Below, one piece after another: positions 22,617-33,604 of a stretch of DNA of 64,000 nt (position 1 is the first letter of the stretch; every line of letters starts with the position of its first letter). Source of the stretch: Azolla caroliniana (Eukaryota > Plantae > Polypodiophyta); NCBI GenBank assembly GCA_043228905.1, contig JBHGNT010000018.1:12710001-12774000 (forward strand), in the 5' to 3' direction. The notes under the pieces are model-generated. The model saw only the letters and a list, made by a program, of their open reading frames with translations, did not search any database and had not been told where the DNA came from. Made by a program: the position numbers and the translations under genes.

Positions 22617-25600
22617 TCACTCCGGCATGGGGTGTCTTACTAGTCCAATCCGATTGCGGCATGCATCCAGCTTGTCGGGTATCAGTACTTTGGTCAACAT
22701 ATCTGACCCGTTCTCGGCCGTCTGGATCTTCGTCAGCGCGAACTCCTGGTTATCTACTCTTTCCCAGATCCAGTGATACCTTCGTTGGATATGCTTCGTC
22801 CGGGAATGGTAGGCCGCATTCTTAGCAATAGAGTTGGTATTCATCTTGCCGGATACCAAGTTGTCCGATGAAGTCCTTCATCCATAATATTTCCTTGTCG
22901 GCTTCCACAGCCACCATGTACTCCGCTTCCATGGTTGATAACGCAACCGCCTTCTGCAGCCTCAACTGCCACGAAACAACTCCCCCTACATATGTCATTA
23001 AATACCCAGATGTAGACCGGCTGGTATCCACATCAGCCGACATGTCCAAATCGGTAAAACCGTCAAGTTGAGGTTTTCCGGAGCCCAATCGGAGACACAT
23101 GTTCGAAGTGCCCTTCAAGTACCGGAGTATCCATTTGACCGCGTTCCAGTGCTCCTTGCCGGGATTGCTGATAAACTGGCTCACCACTCCGACTACGTAT
23201 CCTATATCTGGTCGGGTACACACCATTGCGTACATTAAGCTCCCGATGGCAGAGGCATATGAAACCTTCACCATATCCGCCTTCTCTGCTTTCGTCTTCG
23301 GGCTTTGCTTATTGGATAACCTGCAGTTTGTCGGAAGTGTCGATCCGATCAGTTTCTCTTCTAACATGTTGAATCGCCGAAGCACCTTTGTCACGTACTT
23401 CTCTTCTAACATGTTGCCGGACCCAAGTCTTTAATTGCGAAGGTTCGATTGAGAGGCTTCTTCAACATCCGTATTTTGGCTTGGTCCCGTCCGACAATCA
23501 ACATGTTGTCCACGTACAAAAGGAGTATCATGAAGTCGCCTCCTTCGAACTTCTTCACAAACACGCAGTGATCGGCCTGCGTCTTGTGGTACCCTTGATC
23601 GGTCATGAAGGAGTCGAACTTCCGATACCACTGTCGGGGAGCCTACTTCAGTCCGTACAGGCTCTTCTTCAATCGGCATACCAGGTGCTCCTTCCCTTTC
23701 TCCCCAAATCCTTCCGGTTGCTGCATGTAGATCTCCTCTTCGAGGTCACCGTGAAGGAATGTCGTCTTCACGTCTAGCTGCTCTACCTCGAGGTCCATGC
23801 TTGCCGCTATGCTCAGCACTGTCCGGATGGAGGTCATCTTTACTACCGGGGCAAATATCTCGTCGAAGTCCATGCCCTTCTTCTGCTGGAACCCCTTCAC
23901 CACGATCCTGGCTTTGTATCTCGGGGGGTTGCCGGCATCTCCCGGTTTGAACTTGTACACCCACTTGTTTTGGAGTGCCCGCTTTCCTTTCAGGGAATCC
24001 ATCTCATGCAGGGAATCCATCTCATCCTGCATGGCACTTAACCATTTGCGGCTATGGGCATCACTTTTAGCTTCCTCGAAGCTTTCTGGCTCCCCCTCAT
24101 CGGTCAGGAGCACATGCTCTATATCCGGAAATCTCCGGGGGGCCCTTCTCTCTCTGAGAGGATATCTCCGTCTTTGGGCTTCGGTAACAGGCTCCTCCAT
24201 TTGCTCTTCATCCGAATCTGATTCGGGGTCTTAGCCGGTCCCGGTTTCCGCTTCCTCTTCTTCTTCAACCTGTTCGGTATCCTCACCGTAACCGACTGGT
24301 TCCCCGAGTGCTAACCGGTCTCTTGCCGGTTGGGTCTGCTCATCATAGAGTCAATCCTTACCGGTCGACTCGGAGTTCATTATCTTCTTCTCCGACTCCC
24401 AGTCGGCGAGCCTTCTTGTCAATCGGGTCCCACACTCGGTAGCCGAACTCATCGTCGCTGTAACCGAGGAATATGCATGGCCGGGTCTTTGGATCTAACT
24501 TTCCTCTTCGGTCCTTAGCTACATGCACGTACGCGAGACACCCGAACACCTTTAGATGCCGGTAGGACACTTCCTTACTGGTCCATACTCTCTGCGGCGT
24601 GTCTCCATCCAAGGGCTCTGAGGGTGATCTGTTTATCACATACGTCCCTGTCGACAGCGCCTCAGCCCAAAACGTCTTGGGTAGTTTTGCATGCGCAACC
24701 ATACTCCGGACCCTCTCCATTATGGTCTGGTTCATCCTCTTGGCCAGCCTGTTTAGTTCCGGCGTCTTCGGCACGGTAAATTCGAGCCGGATTCCCTTCG
24801 AGCAGCAATACTCCTCGAACTGCCCCCGGTATTCTCCTCCGTTATCTACTCGAACTGCCTTCAGCTTCCGGCCGGTTTCTCTTTCCACTCTCACGTGGAG
24901 CTCTTTGAAGACGGATAACACCTGATCCTTCGTCTTCAACGGTGTGGCCCGCAACTTCCGGCTATGTTCATCTATGAACGTCACGAAGTACTGCCATCAT
25001 GCATGCGACTTCGTGTCCACTTGACACACATTAGTATGCACCAACCCCGGTGGTGCATTACGTCTCATCGGTGGCCTTGGTCGGAAGGAGGTCTGGTTTT
25101 GCTTACCGGCCAAACAATTAGTGCACTTCTCCAAGTCCACGTTCTTCACTGGAATGAGGTTGTCGTCTACAAGCCTCTTCATCCCCTTCTCGCTCATGTG
25201 ACACAGCCTTTTCTGCCACAGCTCACCGGCAGTGTTGGATGCCACGTTAACTTCCTCCGGACATAACCGGGCATTCATCAGGTACAACGTGTTTACCTTC
25301 CGGGCCCGAGCCAGAATCAGGCTCCCTTTGCTAAACTTCATAACACCGTTCAAGATGCTACCCGTGTAGCCTTCATCATCTAGCCGACCGGCTGATATCA
25401 GGTTCAGACGAACCTCCGGAACGTGTTGGACATTCTTCAGCAGTAGCTTGCATCCGGTTGGTGTTGCCAGCCACACGTCTCCTATGCCGACAATTCGGCA
25501 TGTACCTTCATTCCCCAACCGGACACAACCGTGATCACCGGCTGAGTAGGATGAGAAGCATTTCTAGTCCAGGGTAAGGTGGAACGACGCTCTGGAGTCG

Positions 25601-26512
25601 ACCACCCAGGTCATCTCGTCGCCGGCAAGGTTTAGCTCACTCTCCTCGGTGATGAGCATCAACTCTTCTTCACTTGTCGTGATTGCCATCGTTCCCTTCC
25701 GGTCCGGCCCCCTCCGGTCTTTACCGTTCCGGTCCGGTTTCCACTTCGAATCGGTACTGTCGGTTTCGGAAGTGCCGACAGTTCTTCTGAAAGTGTCCCG
25801 GCTTGCCGCAATAGAAGCAAGTAGGCTTCCCCCTTGACTTTGACCGTGTCCCCGACTTTTCCCGGTTCTAGGGACTACACTTTCTTTGTCTTCCGCGTTC
25901 CGATTCGGTAAGGAGCGCTTTGGGGTCGGAGCTCGTATCCTTATCTTTCCGACGCGCCTCCTCATCTAGCAAGCTCGACTTCACTCTTGCTAGGGATAAC
26001 CGTTTCCCTTCCGGCCCGACGTTGCCCAAAGTGACAACCAACGTCTCCCAGCTATCCGGGAGGGAACCGACCAGGAGTAGCGCTAGTACCTCATCGGCGA
26101 GAGATACTTCCAATGATGTTGCCTGGTGTATCAACCCCTGGTAGGCATTCATGTGCTCCGCCATGCTTGAGCCATCTTGGTACCGGAGTCTTACTAGCTT
26201 CCGGAACACCAAAACCTGGTTGACAGCATTTTTGTTCTGAAACATAATGCCAATCTTCTCCCAGAGCTCATGAGCCTTGCTCTCTTCATTGAAGTTGTTG
26301 TATAGGCTCATGTCGATGAAGCACCGTATGTAAACCGTTGTCTTCATCTGCATCACCTCCCATATCGTGGCGTCGATTTTGTCCGGTCTCTTGTCCCTGA
26401 ACTAAACCGGCAACCAAAGATCTTTAACCACGAGCATGTCCCTCATCTTTGACTTCCACACGGAATAGTTGGAGCCGGTGAGCTTGAACATGCCTCCCAA
26501 CGAGTCGTCCAT
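22617..26512 (-). pseudogene. copia B gag-pol, fragmented
   Basis: ORFs 25868..26356 (gag), 24997..25518, 24358..24984 (integrase), 23643..24200 and 22822..23412 (RT), 22617..22859 (RNase H). Confidence 0.9.
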
Positions 26513-26809
26513 TTTTCTGTGTCATTTCACTCTGATACCACTTTGACAGGAACTACACGCTCCGATGAAAAACGCGCGGCCACAACCGAGCTTAGAATCA
26601 AAACACAGAAAAAAACGCGGAATTAATGCACGACACAAAGGAGAGAAGAGTACACAGGATGTTTAATGTGGAAAACCCCGAGAGGGAAAAACCACGGGAG
26701 TCCACAGACTCCAAACTATCACTATATCACAATGATTACAGTAGTGAGCTCATGGAGGCAATGACCTCGTGCTATCGCCACAGGCGGCGATTACAACAGA
26801 GGCAACGAC

Positions 26810-26890
<81 letters not shown>

Positions 26891-28906
26891 CACTATTACG
26901 CGCTCTCTCTTCTTGCATCAACAAGAATGACAACAACAACTCTAAGTTTTCCCTAAGTCATATTTATACTAATATGACTTTTCGGCTATTTACAAATATA
27001 GCCCTGATGGCCTCTCAGGAAACATATTTACGAATATGTCCCTTCATCCGGTGAGCACTTCTCACCGGGCCTTCACCATCCGGCTCTTGCCGGGTACTCC
27101 TCATCCGGTTCTCACCGGGTCTTCACCATCCGGCTCTTGCCGGGTACTCCTCATTCGGTTCTCACCGGGTCTTCCGTAGTTGGGTACTCTTCGTCTGGTT
27201 CTCACCGGGTCTTCCGTAGCCGGGTACTCCTCGTCCGGTTTCGGCCTCGGCCGAGTTTGCTCATCAGCACTGTACTTCTCACTTCCCATCCGGAGGGACC
27301 TGTCTCCCAACACGACTTTCTTCTTCAAGTATGCCGAGTGCAAAATTTATGTGGGTCTCACAGTTGAAGAGGCAAAGCTGTTGGCATGGGACCACAATAA
27401 CGATAATGTCTATAGGCAGAAAATGTCATCGATTGAGCGTATAAGGTTCTTCCACCACGAGTATTTGGACGTCAAACAAAAGTTTGGTGTGAAGCTATAT
27501 CCAGGCCTACGACGTCAATACTTGCATGAAGTCGGCATTGTGGTAGATGATAATGTTAAGTCCGATGGCCTTTGGAAATATGAGTCTTGGTTTCAACTTG
27601 CCTTTAGAGATGGAGAAGTATGGGACCTACAAGATCAAATCTTCTCAATGTGGGAGAATAAGGAGGTCAAGGGTCAACGACAAAAGAAATGTAAGGTAGA
27701 CCCTCAACTAGAATTAAAGTCACAAGCGGCCAAGAAAATTGATTTGACAATTGAATAAGCGCCTGACAACATGAAGTTGTTTCTATGGAGAGTGATGCAA
27801 GGTATTAAGGACGAGCAGCTTCTTGTGTATGTTTTGTCAAGCGTTGTGGCAAAAGATTTAAGCCTTGAAGAAATGGTCATTGAGTTCAATAAGTAAGTCT
27901 TTCAAATAGTGATATTGAATTCAATATGGTGCAATTGAAAGTTCTAATCTCGTTTTCTAATTTCACAGTCATAAGGTGTACACGAAGATCCAAGAAATTA
28001 TGATGAAACAACTTGGACGTATAACTTGGGAACAAGTGACCGAGGATTATCCTCTAATGTCTTCATATAAGGCATTATCCGAGTATTTTATTGCATTCAA
28101 GGATTGGGTTAGTATTGGTGGTTTTTCATTAAGCTTTCCTCACATGTAGAGCTTGTATAATAATACTTGATGTCCTATTGCTTCTATTAGAAACCGTGTC
28201 GTGGCAAGAAACAAGGAGAAGTTAAGGATATACACGATTTCCCAACATCCTTCCTTGCACATCTCGAGAGAGCCCGAAAAGAAAAGGATCGTCACTTAGT
28301 TAAGGCGTACGAAATGGAGGAAGATGGCTCCTTAAATACAAGTATGAAAACCTTAATAGGTTTATTATTTCCACCACATTATCCTAAAGTTCATTGTCTT
28401 ACATTGTCCACAATTATATACATATGGTTTGATCCTATACAAACAAACTGAGGAATAGATTAGATCAACTTTAAATACAAATATTAAATACTTTAATAAG
28501 TTAGTTATTCCAATCACATTATCCTAAAGTGCACTATCTTACATTGTCTAGAATTATATAGATGCAAGTATGGGTCAAAGTATAAATTATAACTCATTTT
28601 ATTAGTATGGTTACAAGTACACCTCATATTTTTGTAAAACTTACCAAATTAATATAAGTCTTTAACTTAGTGTTTCCCATGTCGCACATTAGTGACATAT
28701 TGAGCCATTGTTGAACTTTATTATGCCTACATTAACTTATCAACACGTCCAAACTTGCATGATTTCTAATGATCTCCACTCGTAGACCTATCATGTATTT
28801 TTATATTTGCAAATTCTAATCAAGTTGTGGAACATGTGATACTAGTGCATCCAATTTTTGTAGAGAGGGTATATTTAGATAGTTTCAAGAAGATTCTACA
28901 AGTGGA

Positions 28907-28942
28907 ATGCGCGATCCTTCCACTTGTGAACACGAACGTGTT
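28907..28942 (-). repeat. Right terminal inverted repeat of the DNA transposon
   Basis: ATGCGCGATCCTTCCACTTGTGAACACGAACGTGTT followed by TSD TTGG. Confidence 0.92.
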
Positions 28943-29402
28943 TTGGTGTGTGTAGTATCATTTAAGATAATTAGTAGTCCAGATCATCCAATTGTCTTGG
29001 GGTTACCATGGTTCGAATTACATAACCTAGACATAGATTGGAGAACAAGTCTAGAGAAATCCGGTATCGACAAACCCGAGGATCTACTCATAGGATTGCA
29101 ACCATTTCGCTACATCAATTGCGTGAAGAAGGACGCAAGGAAGCAATGCTTGTCTTCGTAGTATCAGTAAAACTTTCTAACACCACTAAAGAGGTTCCAT
29201 AGTTCAACTTCCAGAGAAGTATCGTCATTATGCTGATGTGTTTGATCAGGTACAACCCAATACACTTCCTCACCATTGACCGTATGATTGCCCCATTGAT
29301 TTACAACCAGGAAAAGAGCCACCATGGGGACCGATCTACAATTTGTCACCAACCAAGCTAGAAGTCCTTCGAGCCTATATTGAGGAGAATTTGGCAAACC
29401 GT

Positions 29403-30132
29403 TGTCGTAGTGTAGTTCGCATACTACGTGAAAAATGTAAAAATAATATATCCAATTTAAGTACATATATATAAATAAAAGAAAATATTAAAATATTTAT
29501 TACATGCATAGGGCAGGATTTGAACCCTATACCTCCATGTAAATAAACTAGAACTTTACCATTTTATTAACTTATCATAAGTGTTATAAATATAGATTTA
29601 ATAGGTTTAAGTCTTTTATTTATGCCTACGTTTATTAAAAGGTAAATCATGCATTTTTAGAGTGCGTCAATACTTTATTTACAAGAAAAATATAAACCAA
29701 TAAAAAAAAAATACTCGTGCACATCTAGCGTGCATGAGCACTATATTTAAGAAAATAAAAGCGTTACGTGGAAAAAGCAATTCATGCACATTTAGTGCGC
29801 ATGAACACTTTAGAAAAGGTAGGAATTTATGCTTAGTCTCTCCCATCCTTATATAAGGAGGAGAGAAAGATGTATATGGTTGTTGATTTTTTTGTAAGGA
29901 TTGATCAATATAATATATTCGTGGGGATTTATGAATTTGTCATCTGAATTGTCTCCTACTATCTAAATATTGATTAAATACACTAAAGTCGTGGGATTCA
30001 CAAGATTGATAACTTACCTCTCTTTCTACCTATTCATTACTAGCCTTATCTCATATTCTTCTTTCTCTTAGTCCAAAACCTCAGTGGTTCCCACCCAACT
30101 CACGCAACAATCCGGAGCCGAAAGGCATGACA
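29403..30132. mobile_element. Solo-LTR-like insert TGTCGTA...CATGACA with 4-bp TSD CCGT
   Basis: CCGT at 29399-29402 and 30133-30136; removal restores RT ...LANRFIRHLKS. Confidence 0.85.
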
Positions 30133-32147
30133 CCGTTTCATTCGACATTTGAAATCTCTAGCCCGCACACCCATTTTCTTTGTCAAGAAAAAGGATGGAT
30201 CACTTTGTCTTGTCATAGATTACCGTGGCTTGAATAAGGTCACCATCAGGAATAGATCTGCACTCCCCCTTATCTCAAGTCTTTTAGAATGGATAAATGG
30301 TGCATGGTTCTTCACAAAGATCGACTTACGAGGAGCATATTACCCCGTATAAGCCCTAAACCGCGTTTCGCACCCGATATGGGCACTTCTAGTATACGGT
30401 CTGATGATAGCTCATGTAGATCCAAAAAACCGTTCATCATTGAGGCCGACGCGTCGGATTTCACCTTGGGTAGCATCTTGTCACAAGAATGTGATGATGA
30501 AAAGCTACATCCTATGGCTTTCCACTCACGCAAGTTTGACACCGCCGAAATCAACTACAAAATTCATGACAAGGAGCTATTTAAAGCAATAGTGGACTCT
30601 TTTATACAATGGAGGCATTTTCTAGAGGGATATTCTCATCAAGTCATTGTATTTAGTTATTATAAAAATCTTGCTTACTTCCAGAATGCTCGTATATTAA
30701 ATCGACATCAAGCTTGGTGGGCCCAATTCCTCACTCGTCTCGACTTCAAAATTATATATCGCCCTGGAAAGTTACAAGGAAAGGTAGATGCGTTATCACG
30801 ACATTTGTATCTAGCACCACGTCCTAATGAGCTAGCATTCGATAATCAAAAGCAAGTAATCCTGGGACTGGCACGACTGCAAGCAACATCGGTTTTCGAT
30901 ACACCATTGGATTCCCACATTACGGATACCATACAGAAGGACTTGAAAACAAATGCTTTTGCTCAAGCCATTCTAGCACAAAGTGACCACTCTTGGGCAT
31001 CTTGTTCACATTTACAACAACCAAGTACGGACTATCGACAATTCAAATGTCATGATGGATTACTATTCTTTAAGAAACTCTTGTATGTTCCTAATGGTTT
31101 TTGTCGCCTTCAAGTAGTCCAAACTTTTCATGAGACATATACAACTGGGCATTTCGGTAGTACTAAAACGTTAGATTTAGTACAACGATCATTCTGGTGG
31201 CCCCATATGTGACGATTTGTTGAAGACTATGTTCGGACATGTGATACATGTTGCAGAACAAAGATGCCAAGACATCATCCATATGGTTTATTGGAACCAT
31301 TACCAATTCCAAGCAAGCCGTGGCAATCCATTTCTCTAGATTTCATCATAGATCTTCTAGTTTCAAAGGGATTCGATGCGATCGTAACAGTAGTAGATCG
31401 ATATACGAAGATGGTACATTTTCTTCCTTGTACTAAGGAAATCACCACTGAAGAAATAGCTGAAACTGTCATGCGAGAGGTATGTCGGCATCATGGCCTC
31501 CCCGATAGCATCATCAGCGACCATGGACACCAATTCGTCTCGAAATTCTAGAAGCATCTCATCAAAATGCTCAAGGTCACTTATAATCTCTCCTCTAGCT
31601 ATCACCCGGAAACAGACGGGCAAGCAAAACAAATGAATCAAACGTGGGAACAATATCTTTAGTGTCTTCTAAGCTATCAACAAGATGATTGGGCAGATAT
31701 TCTCCACTTTGCCGAATTTGTGTATAATAACTCTGTCCAGTCATCGACTAGGGTTACACCATTTTATGCTTATATAGGCTATCATCCCTGGTGGTGTGTA
31801 TCCGAAACTCTAGAGTTACCCACAAATCCTTGTGCAGAGCATCGTTTGGAGCGGCTACACAAGATATAGGCGGACTTATCTACTCATTTACAACAAGCTC
31901 AACAAACACAGAAGGATTATGTAGATCGTCATCGGCTTCCATCCAGATTTAACATTAGAGATCATGTATGGCTATTACAATGACACATAAACACTACTCG
32001 CCCATGAGATAAATTCGACTATCGGCGATTAAGTCCTTTCCGTATTATCGGAAAAATGAATGATGTCACTTTTCGTCTCGATCTACCTCCGTAACCGCAG
32101 ATACATCTGGTTTATCATAGTTCTCTTCTCGAACCTATCATGACAAC

Positions 32148-32451
32148 AGACAACACTATTCTGAATCCTATTATACCACCTCCACCCTCGATCGAGCTTG
32201 AAGCCGGACCGGAGTACGAAGTAGCTGCCATCCTCGATTCCAAGATTGTTTGCAACAAGCTTTACTATTTGGTCGATTGGCTAGGCTATAGTCCAAGCGA
32301 GACAACACTATTCTGAATCCTATTACACCACCTCCACCCTCGATCGAGCTTGAAGCCAAACCGGAGTACGAAGTAGCTGCCATCCTCGATTCCAAGATTG
32401 TTTGCAACAAGCTTTACTATTTGGTCGATTGGCTAAGTTATAGTCCAAGCG
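32148..32451 (+). repeat. 152-bp tandem duplication covering the chromodomain N-terminal half
   Basis: 32148-32299 is repeated at 32300-32451 with few substitutions. Confidence 0.88.
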
Positions 32452-32586
32452 AGTGTACTTAGAAACCAGTCGAGAATGTGGTAGATGGTCGAGCTCTTGT
32501 TGAGGACTTTCATCGACAATATCCCAACAAGCCAGGTCCTCCAACTAAGACGACTTGTAGCATTCGTCATCTTCAAGGAGGGGTAA

Positions 32587-33006
32587 TGTCATGATTTAGC
32601 CATGACCTTACCCATGACCTTGTGTCACACGGGCGGAAGACTTACCATTAAGCTATACATTATAATACAAAGAATAATATTTCCATTTATTATTTCACTT
32701 AAGAAATCCATGTATATTCTAGATTTCTATAGAACATTCTAGAAATGTCAAGAGTATTCCTAAAGCCACTATAAAAAGAGGCACATGGCATTATCCAGAA
32801 CCAAATTGGTTCAACGCCAGTCTTAAGCCTCCTAGCTATCCTTGTATATTCTTTTCACATAATATATCCTTTTGTTATCATCATTCCCTCTCTCTCTCTC
32901 TCTCTCTCTCTCCTATTTCTTGATTGGTGTACACCCTCTTTTCCTCTTAGTACTAATCTTCATCTCTTAGTACTAATACCCTCTCTGTTTTAGTACTATT
33001 CCTGAC
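32587..33006 (+). repeat. 3' LTR of the chromovirus
   Basis: Starts TGTCATGA right after the PPT; homologous (inverted) to 42870-43293. Confidence 0.8.
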
Positions 33007-33481
33007 CGCCACAAGTACCCAGACCCGTTACGAGGGATTGTCCCACCCCGATGGAGATAGAGTCCACACAAAGTCGAGGGCCCTTATTAGATGCTGAGAA
33101 ACAACGATGTCGGGCGCATTGCCTATGCCTCTATTGTGGTGGTCCAGGACATATAGCCGTGAATTGTCCATATAAACCTAGTGGTCAAGTTTACCAAGTA
33201 AGTGGACATGATAACCCTACCTCGAGTTCTACTATCACTTCTAATAACTTAAGTACTGAGCCTAATAGCCCATGTTATGAGAATAGATTTGATGTCTTGA
33301 GCCAATTAGAGGATGTGTTAAACGAATAAGTTCAGTCAAAATATAAGCCATTTGGTTGGCCAATCCCAGATATGTAGAGTCAGTACTTGGTTTGGTTCCA
33401 TTTTATCAAATCAAGTTAGTACAATTTTTTCTGCATAACTCGAGCTTAACACATCTATAGGTCATCAAGTCCTAGCCTCTA
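33007..33481 (+). pseudogene. Gag C-terminus of an older related chromovirus (host of the insertions)
   Basis: ORF 33051..33329 PMEIES..CLYCGGPGHIAVNC..FDVLSQLEDVLNE parallels 5185..6000. Confidence 0.8.
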
Positions 33482-33566
33482 TGTAAAAGAATAGTCTGTG
33501 GAAGCAATAGAAAACCGAAACACAAAAATGCAGGTTTAATGGAGAGCTTGAATATACGCAGTACGT

Positions 33567-33604
<38 letters not shown>

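Larger units (their letters stand above)
13569..27312 (-). mobile_element. Full-length Ty1/copia element (family B, copy 1), degenerate
   Basis: TSD CGACT (13564-13568 and 27313-27317). 5' LTR 26544-27312; PBS 26530-26540; PPT about 22607-22617; 3' LTR 13569-14043 plus 22339-22606, split by a gypsy insertion. Confidence 0.95.
10324..28341 (+). pseudogene. Spliced transposon ORF2 encoding a ParB/Sulfiredoxin-fold-like protein. Exons about 10324-10358, 11709-13568 (split by insert 12118-12909) continuing 27318-27892, 27969-28107, 28191-28341
   Basis: GT-AG junctions keep the frame. Joined across the copia insertion it reads EIRE..HVQNLKKKMKINP..VPFIVMV..YFVIGGSYLAEALRQL..CKIYVGLTVEEAKLLAWDHNNDNVYRQKMSSIERI, matching the ParB N-terminal pattern by eye. 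Several in-frame stops; the 3' end is uncertain. Confidence 0.7.
6328..28942. mobile_element. TIR DNA transposon, Sola-like (DDD transposase plus ParB-like second gene), interrupted by later retroelements
   Basis: 36-bp TIRs AACACGTTCGCATTCACAAGTGGAAGGATCGTGCAT (6328-6363) and its near-perfect inverse (28907-28942, 3 mismatches). 4-bp TSD TTGG at 6324-6327 and 28943-28946. Removing it restores the gypsy protease frame (DNL-VCVVSF). Confidence 0.9.
28947..32575 (+). pseudogene. Chromovirus pol remainder (protease end, partial RT, RNase H, integrase, chromodomain)
   Basis: ORFs 30149..30352, 30289..31212 and 31264..31551. RT C-terminal half deleted near 30400. Confidence 0.88.
4822..33006 (+). 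mobile_element. Ty3/gypsy chromovirus (Tcn1/Tf1-like), degenerate, split by nested insertions
   Basis: gag 4858-6000 (CLYCSGPGHIAVNC); protease 6027-6327 continuing at 28947 (HPIVLGLPW); RT 29200-30400 (PIFFVKKKDGSL..DYRGLN); RNase H (EADASDF); integrase 31000-31900; chromodomain about 32200-32530 (YEVAAILDS); PPT 32575-32586; 3' LTR 32587-33006. Confidence 0.88.

Noticed and set aside
28350-28570. Imperfect direct repeat of about 75 bp (about 140-bp spacing) near the transposon right end
   Set aside because: Looks like a local intronic or 3' duplication; nothing supports a function.
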